Position numbers and translations under genes: made by a program. This document shows, in pieces, positions 48,931-59,443 of a DNA stretch of 64,000 bases; position 1 is the first letter of the stretch; every line of letters starts with the position of its first letter. Below the pieces are notes generated by a model. That model was not told the origin of the DNA. It was given only the letters and a program-made list of their open reading frames with translations, and did no database searches. The stretch spans positions 1-64,000 of the forward strand of contig NIVC01003786.1 in NCBI GenBank assembly GCA_002269645.1, in the 5' to 3' direction. This stretch comes from Macrostomum lignano (lineage: Eukaryota).

Positions 48931-49589
48931 GTGACTCAACACTCAACTCACAGCAAATGCCTGACTCAGTTTGCCCAAGTAATTGACGTTGCGACAGAAT
49001 GAATAAAAAATAACGGACTCCAACTAAAAGCACAATGTCTTGCATATCTCTTTGTACAAGTAGAATTGCTAAATGTATTCATAAAAACAACTCATTATCG
49101 GTAAAGCCTAACCGATAAAGACTAAGTAAAAAGACTAACAAGAGAATAACAAGTTATGAACAAAAGTACAAGCGGACTCGGGGGGGGATGCTGGCTTATC
49201 AAATTGCGGCGGTGCAAAAGTTGGAGTAAACAGTCACAAAAACTACACTGGGTTTTGTTAGCACCGAAAGTGCGTACGTACAAAATGTTAGACAATGCAA
49301 AATGTTAGACAATGCGCAAATTGGTCTACTTTTTGAAGTAGTGTATAATGGAATATTGATAAAATAACAAGCAAGCAATACAAAAATTAGTAGGGGGCGT
49401 TAAAAAAGGGCGACTGACTTATTATAAGGAAAAAGATTGTATTACAAAGTATTTTACAATTTTTGTTACCTCAAAAACCTCATCGCCTCGTCGCAAGAAA
49501 TCTCCCTTAATCTTTTACCAAACTAACTTCATCATGTACGATTCTCTCAACCCATGTGCTACGAATCTCAGCCTAGATTGTACGAATCT

Positions 49590-50135
49590 CAGCCCAACTT
49601 GTACGAGTCTCACCGTATCTGTACGAATCTAACCCTATCTTGTACGAATCTCATCCCATATTGTACGAATCTCACCCCATATTGTACGAATCTCACCCCA
49701 TATTGTACAAATCTCACCCCATATTGTACGAATCTCACCCCATATTGTACGAATCTCATCCTATATTGTAAGAATCTCACCCCATATTGTACAAATCTCA
49801 CCCCATCTTGTACGAATCTCATCCTATATTGTAAGAATCTCACCCCATATTGTACAAATCTCACCCCATATTGTACGAATCTCACCCCATATTTTACGAA
49901 TCTCACCCCATCTTGTACGAATCTCATCCTATATTGTAAGAATCTCACCCCATATTGTACAAATCTCACCCCATCTTGTACGAATCTCACCCCATATTGT
50001 AGGAATCTCACTCCATCTTTACGAATCTCCACCCATCTTGTACGAATCTCACCCCATCTTGCAAGAATCTCACCCCATCTTGTACGAATCTCACCCCATC
50101 TTGTACGAATCTCATCCCATCTTGTACGAATCTCA
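49590..50135 (+). repeat. 21-bp minisatellite (TTGTACGAATCTCACCCCATA) beginning at the AADAC stop codon
   Basis: The last unit TTGTACGAATCTCA overlaps the minus-strand TGA at 50133-50135. Confidence 0.93.
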
Positions 50136-53100
50136 GAGCATGGCATTGCTATTAAAGAACACAGCCATATCGTCCACAATCCTTTTAGCATCCTTGTCCT
50201 CCGTCAGGCAGCCGTGATAGCACGGATAGTACTTATAGTAGACTCGAACTCCCGACTTCTCCAGCCGTTGAGAATACAGATGGGCGTCGCTTCTCAATGG
50301 ATCGTGCTGGCAGGCCACGATGTAGGCGGGCGGCAACCGCAGCGGATCGATGCTGGGCGTCAGCAGAGGCGACACTCGCGGATCGATGAGAAGCTTCTCC
50401 AGTTTAGCTGCCAGGGCCGCGTCTGCGTGGGAGGATTCTGGCGGCATGGACTCGCCGAGCTGCGGGATCGGGGTGAGGCATTGATATGCGATGATTGGAC
50501 TGGTCAGCTGATGACCCCAGTGACCTTACGAGTAGATGAACGATGTGAGTTCAGGTGACCCCAGTGACCTTAGATGAACTATGTGAGTTCATGTGACCCC
50601 AGTGACCTTAGATGAACGGTGTGAGTTCATGTGACCCCGTGACCTTAGATGAACGATGTGAGTTCAGGTGACCCCGTGACCTTAGATGAACGATGTGAGT
50701 TCAGGTGACCCCAGTGACCTGAGATCAACTATGTGAGTTTAGGTGACCCCAGTGACCTGAGATGAACTATGTGAGTTTAGGTGACCCCAGTGACCTGAGA
50801 TGAACCATGGGGAAGTTCAGGTGACTCATGAGACCTCAGATGGGCCATGGGGATTTCAGGTGACTCATGAACTTCAGGTTCAGAACTTCAGAGTTCAGGT
50901 TACCTGGAATGATGATAGAGTGACCTTTGGATTTCAGGTTAAGCTATATAGACAAATTCGTGATCAAGAAGCAATATAATGATAGAACTAAATCCTATAA
51001 TTAGTACTTACTCTTTCGGCATAGGCGGCCCGCACGGACTTGCTGGCATGCCCGTTCCCAATGACGGAACGCCAGTGCCGAATGCTGCCAGTCAGGTACA
51101 TGCTGGCACTCCGGGCCACCTGACTGCCCTCAAGCAGCGGCGATCTGTAGCTCTCCCGGTGGGACTGGGTCCTGAAGTTGGCCAGCTGGGTGATGGGGTA
51201 CACCAGCAGCTGGAGACGCGGGGTCAGCTGGTCCTCAGCCTTGGCCAGCGCCTGAGTAACCGAGGCGGCCAGTTGCCCGCCTGCGCTGTCCCCGCCAAGC
51301 ATAATCCGGTGCGGATTAACGCCCAGCACTGAGCTGGCGTTGGCTAGGATGGAGCGAACTGCGGCGAGGCAGTCATCAAAGGCAGCTGGGAACGGGTGCT
51401 CAGGGGCCCGGCGATACCTGATGAAGGAGATTAATGAGCTTTGAGTTCATTGACAGAGATGATGTAGGGGTCACATGACCTCATGTTTTCGGCATAAATT
51501 ACGAGCTAAGAACCAGAATAGTTCACAAATCTTTAGAATCGCATTTCGCATTTATAACAACTCTATTTAGTCTACTTGAGTGACTATACTGACTAAACTA
51601 GACTTAGCTATGAAAGAAACCTAAGGTAAGCAAAAATTAAGGTAATTATGGGTAAACGGCAGGAGTATCTAAACTCTATTTTTAAGGCGAAATGCCTCGT
51701 CATCTAATTAGTACTACGTCAACAACTTTTTCGCAACTCTTACGATTCTACAGTTTACGTGATGCACTAGTGACTGACTGACTCACTCAAAACTGGTACC
51801 TCACCCACTCACTCAATAGCCACCGCAGTGATGTTGATTCTCATTGCCAATCTGGTCACAAAACCGGCAGCTCACCCACTCACTCAATAGCCACCGCAGT
51901 GATGTTGATTCTCATTGCCAATCTGGTCACAAAACCGGCAGCTCACCCACTCACTCAATAGCCACCGCAGTGATGTTGATTCTCATTGCCAATCTGGTCA
52001 CAAAACCGGCAGCTCACCCACTCACTCAATAGCCACCGCAGTGATGTTGATTCTCATTGCCAATCTGGTCACAAAACCGGCAGCTCACCCACTCACTCTA
52101 TAGCCACCGCAGTGATGTTGATTCTCATTGCCAATCTGGTCACAAAACCGGCAGCTCACCCACTCACTCAATAGCCACCGCAGTGATGTTGATTCTCATT
52201 GCCAATCTGGTCACAAAACCGGCAGCTCACCCACTCACTCAATAGCCACCGCAGTGATGTTGATTCTCATTGCCAATCTGGTCACAAAACCGGCAGCTCA
52301 CCCACTCACTCAATAGCCACCGCAGTGATGTTGATTCTCATTGCCAATCTGGTCACAAAACCGGCAGCTCACCCACTCACTCAATAGCCACCGCAGTGAT
52401 GTTGATTCTCATTGCCAATCTGGTCACAAAACCGGCAGCTCAACCCACTCACTTAATAGCCACCGCAGTGATGTTGATTCTCATTGCCAATCTGGTCACA
52501 AAACCGGCAGCTCAACCCACTCACTCAATAGCCACCGCAGTGATGTTGATTCTCATTGCCAATCTGGTCACAAAACCGGCCGAAGCATCTGGCGAGCCGA
52601 ACACCCAGCCGCCGCCGTGAATCCACACCAGGCCGGGTCCGCCCGCCCTGGCTCCGGCCGGTCTGAAAACCAGCGCTCGAGAATCGGCAAACCGGGCTTC
52701 GGTCACGGTCAGGCGGCTGCTGTTGGCCGGCAGTGCAGGCGTCAGCAACGCCAAGTCGGCCAGGCGCTGCAGCTGGACATGCGGCGCCTCCCACAGCCCG
52801 GTGAGTGAGAGCGCTGAGCCCTGGGAAAGATCCAGCACAGCTGATTAGGGTAGCTATTCAAGTACAATAAGTACTTCATGGAGTTTGAAGGATCCCCTGA
52901 AGGAGAGGGTAAGTAGTCACTGAAGAACACCTGAGGGAGAGGGGGGCAGTCACTGAAGAACACCTGAGGGAGAGGGTAGCAATCATTGATAGACATTTGA
53001 GAAAGAAGATAGCAGCCATTGATAGACATTTAAGAGAAAAGATAGCAGATACTAAAAAGCCTAATGGGTAATAGCCCACTCAAGAATCTAAAAAAAACAA

Positions 53101-53287
53101 TGATAGCTTAAATGATATAAATAAAAATAAAGCTGAAAATACTTACAATAAAATGACAGAGCTTTCCAATACAATTTTTAATAGCAACAGAATGCCAATC
53201 CTGCACATAGTCTGGCACTGGCTCATATAATAAGTAGGCAAGGATTGCCATCAGTATTGGAATAAGAAGAAATTTTTTTAGTTCCAT
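50133..53287 (-). CDS. AADAC: Arylacetamide deacetylase-like esterase (HSL-family alpha/beta hydrolase) with N-terminal signal anchor, 4 exons, ~389-405 aa
   Basis: Exons 53287-53147 (MELKKFLLIPILMAILAYLLYEPVPD...), 52820-52525, 51417-51012, 50459 (alternatively 50507)-50133. Oxyanion motif WIHGGGW, then IEYRRAPEHPFPA, nucleophile GDSAGG, acid CQHDPL and His YHG; the triad is intact. Confidence 0.93.
50510..50880 (+). repeat. ~38-bp minisatellite in AADAC intron 3 (GTGACCCCAGTGACCTTAGATGAACGATGTGAGTTCAG)
   Basis: About 8 good units plus degenerate units toward 50880. Confidence 0.93.
51800..52580 (-). repeat. 71-72-bp tandem array, 11 copies, of the AADAC exon-2 3' end plus its splice donor
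   Basis: Minus-strand unit: CCGGTTTTGTGACCAGATTGGCAATGAGAATCAACATCACTGCGGTGGCTATTGA|GTGAGTGGGTGAGCTG. Confidence 0.95.
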
Positions 53288-55804
53288 AATTTTAGTAACT
53301 TTATGTTAGGGTCATGAAATGACAATGATTTATATTGTTAATAGGTATAAATGAAAAATATTAATTTAAAATATACCTTTTGTTGATAGTATCTTCCATG
53401 ACTATTTAAAGCCTAAAAATATTAAACATTTGAATTATGCTTTTAAGTTGAAAATTTGAGCTTAAAATTAAATTAAAATAAAATAGAAGATTTTTTCAAG
53501 GCCTGGGAAAAAAAATAGGATTATTTAATTATGATACGATTATTACATTATGATTCAAAATGAAAGATATAATGATATATAGGCCTAATAAGTTAGATAA
53601 TAAATGAAATAATATAAATAATATATGAATCTAGTATAATAAAATCTAACTTTTGCAAATAGACCTATAGGCTATAATACATGATATATCCTATCAAATA
53701 GACTGATTGAAATAGGCCAAATATATTTAAATTATGATTTAAAACTATTAATATTAATAAGTCTAGCACAATATTGTTTTACCTTCTTAGAATCTTTAAA
53801 CTTTTCCCATTATTCTAATCCATGCCTCCAAAGGGGTTGAAAGGCAACTATAGTTGTAGTAAGAAGGAACTCATGGCAATTGGCAATAAGATGGCCAATA
53901 ATACTACCTTAGATAGTTATATTTAGAGGTTCCTTATCCAACTATTCCTAGGCATAGGCTTCTTGTCTTGCATTTTACATATTGGCAACTAGGTGCTTTT
54001 AGTTTTGTTTTTGGGATTCTGGATTAGCAGATTACATCACAATCACATGTATGCCTTTCGCGTTATGTCTATGCCAATGCCACAATGCCTGGATGCCAAT
54101 TGTTATATGGTACAATTAAAACATTGTAATAAATCGAAAAAAATAGGTCTAATAAGCGTTCTAGATCGAGGGCTACCTCACATTGTAGTAAAGTAAGAGA
54201 ATTTGGCTCAGGCAATTAGCCTGTTTGGCCAATATATTATAGAGCTATGTATTTGGAATTTTCGAATATAGAAGTTTATAAAGACGATTTGACGACGATT
54301 TGCTGAGTTATTGTAAAAGATAAAGTATTTGAAAGCGCGCCAGAATTTTTACGGTATTTTTAGACGAAAAGTGACAACGAGTATAAATATTAATACAAAA
54401 ATGAGTACAAATTACGAGGTATAGCTTTAATTGCGAGATTACTTTGGTAAGCGAGTTTGTAAAAAAAAAAAAGATGTAGTATTTTTGAAAGCGCGTGATA
54501 TTTCAAAGCGTGAAAAACGAACATAAACAATACTTCGAAAGAATTTTACGTTTAACGAATAACGACGATTTAAATATAGGAAATTTAAAAAGACAGTAAA
54601 TGAATAAACAACTGAAAAGCGGATTTGTTACACTGCTGATGTATCTGATTCAGTTTGTTTAACTGTTTTAGCTATTCATGACTTCATATATTTTAGCTAC
54701 ACCAGTGAGCTCTTTTCTGACTCTTTTTTCATTTGTAGCATATCCTATCTTGTGTATTTGATTGCTATTTAAGAGGTATTGACAGAAGTATTTTTTCCTG
54801 ATCTCTTCATTGTAATATATAGACGTCTCTTGTTGAAAAAACAATTTCCGTCACGCGTTAACTTTCAAATTAATGCGAAGAATAAGTTCACGCGAGAACC
54901 TCGTCAAAAATTTTCTTATCTTATGAATATTTTCTTTGGACACATATAATCAAAGGGAAGAGAAAATCCAGAGTCAGTAAGTTTTCCTATTTATGACTAT
55001 TAGGTTTTTAGGTACTGGAAAAGTTGCTTTAGCATAGTGGTGAACAATAGGCCTAACTTCTCTTACATGGTATTACTTTCACATGTATGCCGTGATTTAA
55101 ACCTACATAACATTTGTAGATATACATACGTACATGAACCACTACACACTTCACAACTTGTGAAATAGATGTTAAATGTACAAGTACTGCTCTGAGGAAA
55201 AAATTTGGCATCATTTTTTATATGAAATCTGAGTGCTCTTGATGCAATTTTGCTTTTAATCAAAAACATTTTTATACACGACATACATGTACATGCAGTA
55301 ATTATTATCGAGTTATGATGCTCGTAGTTATAAACTGTGCTAATAAATTAATTAGCTATATGAAAGCCAAAAAAGACAACAATTTTTTCACTTAAAGCGG
55401 TAACAGCAGACGTACAAGCTAACTACTATATATTTTAAAACGCTTAAAACAGATATTCATCAAATTAATTGATTGCTTAAAAAGCGAATTATATAATCAA
55501 GCCATACGCAAAATTTAAAGGTTCTAGAAAGACAAAGAACAAAACAATATCAAATTAACAAAGAGAAAGAAATAACAACAAGGAAAAAAGTAAGTATTGT
55601 ATCGCAAATCGTACCTCTCGGCGTAGCACCAATACATTCGAAGAAGTCGGTTGCGGTGCACTTAATTTTATATATAGTATCTTGTATGTACTTTTTATGC
55701 AGTCAAATTAAACATTTTTGCTAGCTTAGACAATGTGGGACAATGTGGTAACAGACAGTTGGGTAACAGCCGCGCTCGCGGGCCGTTTCAGTTCGGCCTG
55801 ATCT

Positions 55805-56169
55805 CACTGGGAAAAAAGCTTGCGGCCCGCTAGCGGCCCGAAAGCGGCATGGCGGTAACATAGCGGCACAAAAAAGAGTTGTTTTATGCAAAAATGTACT
55901 TTTTAGCGTCCTTTATGTATAAAGTGATTAATCGTTTCCATTAAAGTACTCGTATGTTTTTTGAATATTGTAACTTGATGGCATTAGGAGCGGCAAGTAT
56001 AAACATTGCCGCGATATTGCCGACATAATCATAATTATTACAGATAGTTAGATATAATAAATAAATAGCCGCTAGTGGGCCGCGAGTGGATCACGTGACA
56101 CGCCGCCAGTCGGCCCGATATCGGCCCGCTGGCGGCTGCCGCTAGCGGGCCGCTAGCTTTTTCCCGGTG
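55805..56169. mobile_element. Probable MITE with ~33-bp TIRs (CACYGGGAAAAAAGCTWGCGGCCCGCTAGCGGC)
   Basis: 55805-55838 is the near-perfect reverse complement of 56137-56169. GC-rich palindromic ends flank an AT-rich core. No TSD evident. Confidence 0.6.
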
Positions 56170-56711
56170 GGATACACATGCATGTACAACTCGGTTACAG
56201 GTTGGGTAAAAATTGTTCTGTAACAGAGACACTTGGAATTTGGGTTGTAGAGACATTTTCAGTTCGGAACAGACGACATTTTTGTACATATCCAAGGACC
56301 ACTTGCAGCATAAATACAAGTGTAGCATAACTAAATTTACGTGTACATACAGCTCAATAAATTTTACTTCTCATATAAGGAGGCAAGCACAAGACAAAGC
56401 GGATGAATGTACATGCACATTTAGTACTCGCATTTCGGAGCACCAAAAGGTGCATACGAGTGTAAAATTTTTAATCAAAATAGAAAACCAAAAATAGCTT
56501 GTACCTTGAAGCAATCGCACGAGAAAAGCAGCCCAACAACGCAGCAAAGTACTTTTACATAGATTTGTGATTTTCATTGAAAAATATGCACGTCACTTTT
56601 CTGGCAGGCATTAAATTGAGACACTACATGACAAAATGATAATTTGTATGATAACGGCCTAGTCAGTACCTTGATCGGATATACTGAAGTTGCTCCCCGA
56701 CGCCCTGTGAA

Positions 56712-58230
56712 GAAGGAGAAGGAGTAGGAGAAGGAGTAGGAGAAGGAGTAGGAGTAGGAGAAGAAGAAGGAGAAGAAGGAGAAGGAGAAGGAGTAGGAGT
56801 AGGAGAAGAAGAAGGAGAAGGAGTAGGAGAAGGAGTAGGAGTAGGAGAAGAAGAAGGAGAAGAAGGAGTAGGAGAAGGAGTAGGAGTAGAAGTAAGAGTA
56901 GGAGAAGAAGAAGGAGAAGAAGGAGTAGGAGAAGGAGTAGGAGTAGGAGAAGAAGAAGGAGAAGAAGGAGTAGGAGAAGGAGTAGGAGTAGGAGAAGAAG
57001 GAGAAGAAGGAGTAGGAGAAGGAGTAGGAGTAGGAGTAGGAGAAGAAGAAGGAGAAGAAGGAGTAGGAGAAGAAGAAGGAGTAGGAGTAGGAGTAGAAGT
57101 AGGAGAAGGAGAAGGAGTAGAAGTAGGAGTAGGAGTAGAAGTAGTAGAAGGAGTAGGAGTAGAAGTAGGAGAAGGAGTAGGAGTAGGAGTAGGAGTAGAA
57201 GTAGGAGAAGGAGAAGGAGTAGAAGTAGGAGAAGGAGTAGGAGTAGGAGTAGGAGTAGAAGTAGGAGAAGGAGAAGGAGTAGAAGTAGGAGAAGGAGTAG
57301 GAGTAGAAGTAGGATAAGGAGTAGGAGTAGGAGTAGAAGTAGGAGAAGGAGAAGGAGTAGAAGTAGGAGTAGGAGTAGAAGTAGTAGAAGGAGTAGGAGT
57401 AGAAGTAGGAGAAGGAGTAGGAGTAGGAGTAGGAGTAGAAGTAGGAGAAGGAGAAGGAGTAGAAGTAGGAGAAGGAGTAGGAGTAGGAGTAGGAGTAGAA
57501 GTAGGAGAAGGAGAAGGAGTAGAAGTAGGAGAAGGAGTAGGAGTAGAAGTAGGATAAGGAGTAGGAGTAGGAGTAGGAGTAGAAGTAGGAGAAGGAGAAG
57601 GAGTAGAAGTAGGAGAAGGAGTAGGAGTAGGAGTAGGAGTAGAAGTAGGAGAAGGAGAAGGAGTAGAAGTAGGAGAAGGAGTAGGAGTAGAAGTAGGATA
57701 AGGAGTAGGAGTAGGAGTAGGAGTAGAAGTAGGAGAAGGAGAAGGAGTAGAAGTAGGAGTAGGAGTAGAAGTAGTAGAAGGAGTAGGAGTAGAAGTAGGA
57801 GAAGGAGTAGGAGTAGGAGTAGGAGTAGAAGTAGGAGAAGGAGAAGGAGTAGAAGTAGGAGAAGGAGTAGGAGTAGGAGTAGGAGTAGAAGTAGGAGAAG
57901 GAGAAGGAGTAGAAGTAGGAGAAGGAGTAGGAGTAGAAGTAGGATAAGGAGTAGGAGTAGGAGTAGGAGTAGAAGTAGGAGAAGGAGAAGGAGAAGGAGT
58001 AGGAGTAGGAGTAGAAGTAGGAGAAGAAGAAGGAGAAGGAGTAGAAGTAGGAGAAGGAGAAGGAGAAGGAGAAGGAGTAGGAGTAGGAGTAGAAGTAGGA
58101 GAAGGAGTAGGAGTAGGAGTAGGAGTAGGAGAAGGAGTAGGAGTAGGAGTAGGAGTAGGAGTAGGAGTAGAAGTAGGAGTAGAAGTAGGAGAAGGAGTAG
58201 GAATAGGAGTAGAAGTAGGAGAAGGAGTAG
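56712..58230 (+). repeat. ~1.5-kb cryptic trinucleotide satellite of AGG/AGT/AGA triplets with higher-order repeats
   Basis: No C on the plus strand. The AGGATAAGG marker recurs at about 57311, 57551, 57695 and 57945. Confidence 0.95.
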
Positions 58231-58522
58231 GATCTGGATCAGTAGGATTTGCATAAATTCGTGACACAGACAGGGACAGGGAAACAGTACAGGGACACAA
58301 GGATGCCGCCTGATTCCGAGAAAAAGCAGACCAAGTAATTCTGAGGTTTCACGAGTACATTTTGCATTTTTTGCTGTCTGTCTCGACGCTGGCTACGCAA
58401 GACAAGTTGCTGGGTTAAGAGTTTTGCTGCATGGCCAAGATCTACTGTTTATTCAGACGGGAGTGGATGCTTCACCGTTAAATAAACGTCCTCTTACAGT
58501 GGTCCCTGCATACCCGCAGGCA

Positions 58523-59315
58523 TCAGGGCGCTGAGTCCGGGCAGACGAGCGGGCAGCGGGCCCAGTCCCGGGTCCAGTACTCGCCCGTGAACTGCCAGTC
58601 GTCATCCCGCTTTGTGTATGGATTTCGCCAGCGCCGGAACCAGACACCGCCGCCAGCCTCTGACGATGACGAATCGCCAGCAGAAGCAGACGCTGAAGTC
58701 GATTTCTGCTGCTGACGCTGTTGCTGAAGGCGCAGACGCTGCCACTCTTCTAGTCGAGACTTGACCGACTGCGCCGTGTCGGCGTCGCCAGCCTCCAGAG
58801 CCCGGATGTCGGCGCGAATCCGACGACAATCCGTTGGCGGCAGCGCGCAGTCGTCGCCGGCGTCGTCGTTCAGCTGCATGGCGAAGCGGGTGAACCCGTA
58901 GAACCTGCCGCTGCTCGATGGCCGCGGCTGGCAGCGCCACAGCTCAGTTTGGCCCGCCAAGCCGAGGTCGCTGCTGCCGCTGTCGACGAAATCATCCTCG
59001 TCCGTGTCCTCGTTGTCGCTGCCGTCGATACAAACGCCGCCGCCTCCGCCGCTGCCACCGCGACGTCCTCCGTTGATGCTGCCGCTGCTGCCGCAGCTGT
59101 CGTCGTTGTTTCGGCGACGAAGGACGCCGAACTGGTAGCTGAAGCTGATGGACTTGGAGCCGCCTGACCGCATCTTCTGCTGCTGCTGCTGCTTGTCCGA
59201 TCGAGACTTGAGGCTGGCGAGGCTGGCAGCTGTTGATGGCGAGTTGCACTTCCTGCTTCGGGACAGCGGCATCGACGCGGTGCTCTTGTGCGTCTTCCAC
59301 GACTCCACGGGGATG
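58523..59315 (-). CDS. OSBPL1A/OSBPL2: Terminal exon of an oxysterol-binding protein-related protein (ORP1/ORP2-like); upstream exons are outside the window
   Basis: Acceptor CCCCGCAG|C at 59315. Motifs LWRCQPRP..FYGFTRFAMQLN, TDCRRIRADIRALE, KSRLEEWQR, WF..RNPY..DWQFTGEYWTRDW parallel the ORP1/2 C-terminus (MYNFTSFAMVLN, TDCRLRPDIRAME, NPY..DWIYSGSYW). Confidence 0.88.
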
Positions 59316-59443
59316 CTGCGGGGACGCGCAAGTTATTGTCGGTGTTTCAAATTTTCATTCGCGTCGGGCACGGCTACAAGAAGCCAAAAGCAAGAATACG
59401 AATTGAGAAACCAGCTGCATTTCCTCTCTATTCTATCTATCTA

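Noticed and set aside
51800-52580. CRISPR-like appearance of this and other regular arrays
   Set aside because: Units are contiguous with no unique spacers, there are no cas genes, and the context is eukaryotic and intron-containing.
56659-58300. 545-aa PTS mucin-like ORF and 531-aa poly-L ORF
   Set aside because: Codons are almost exclusively NCT with no synonymous variation, as expected for a triplet satellite. There is no signal peptide or linked exons.
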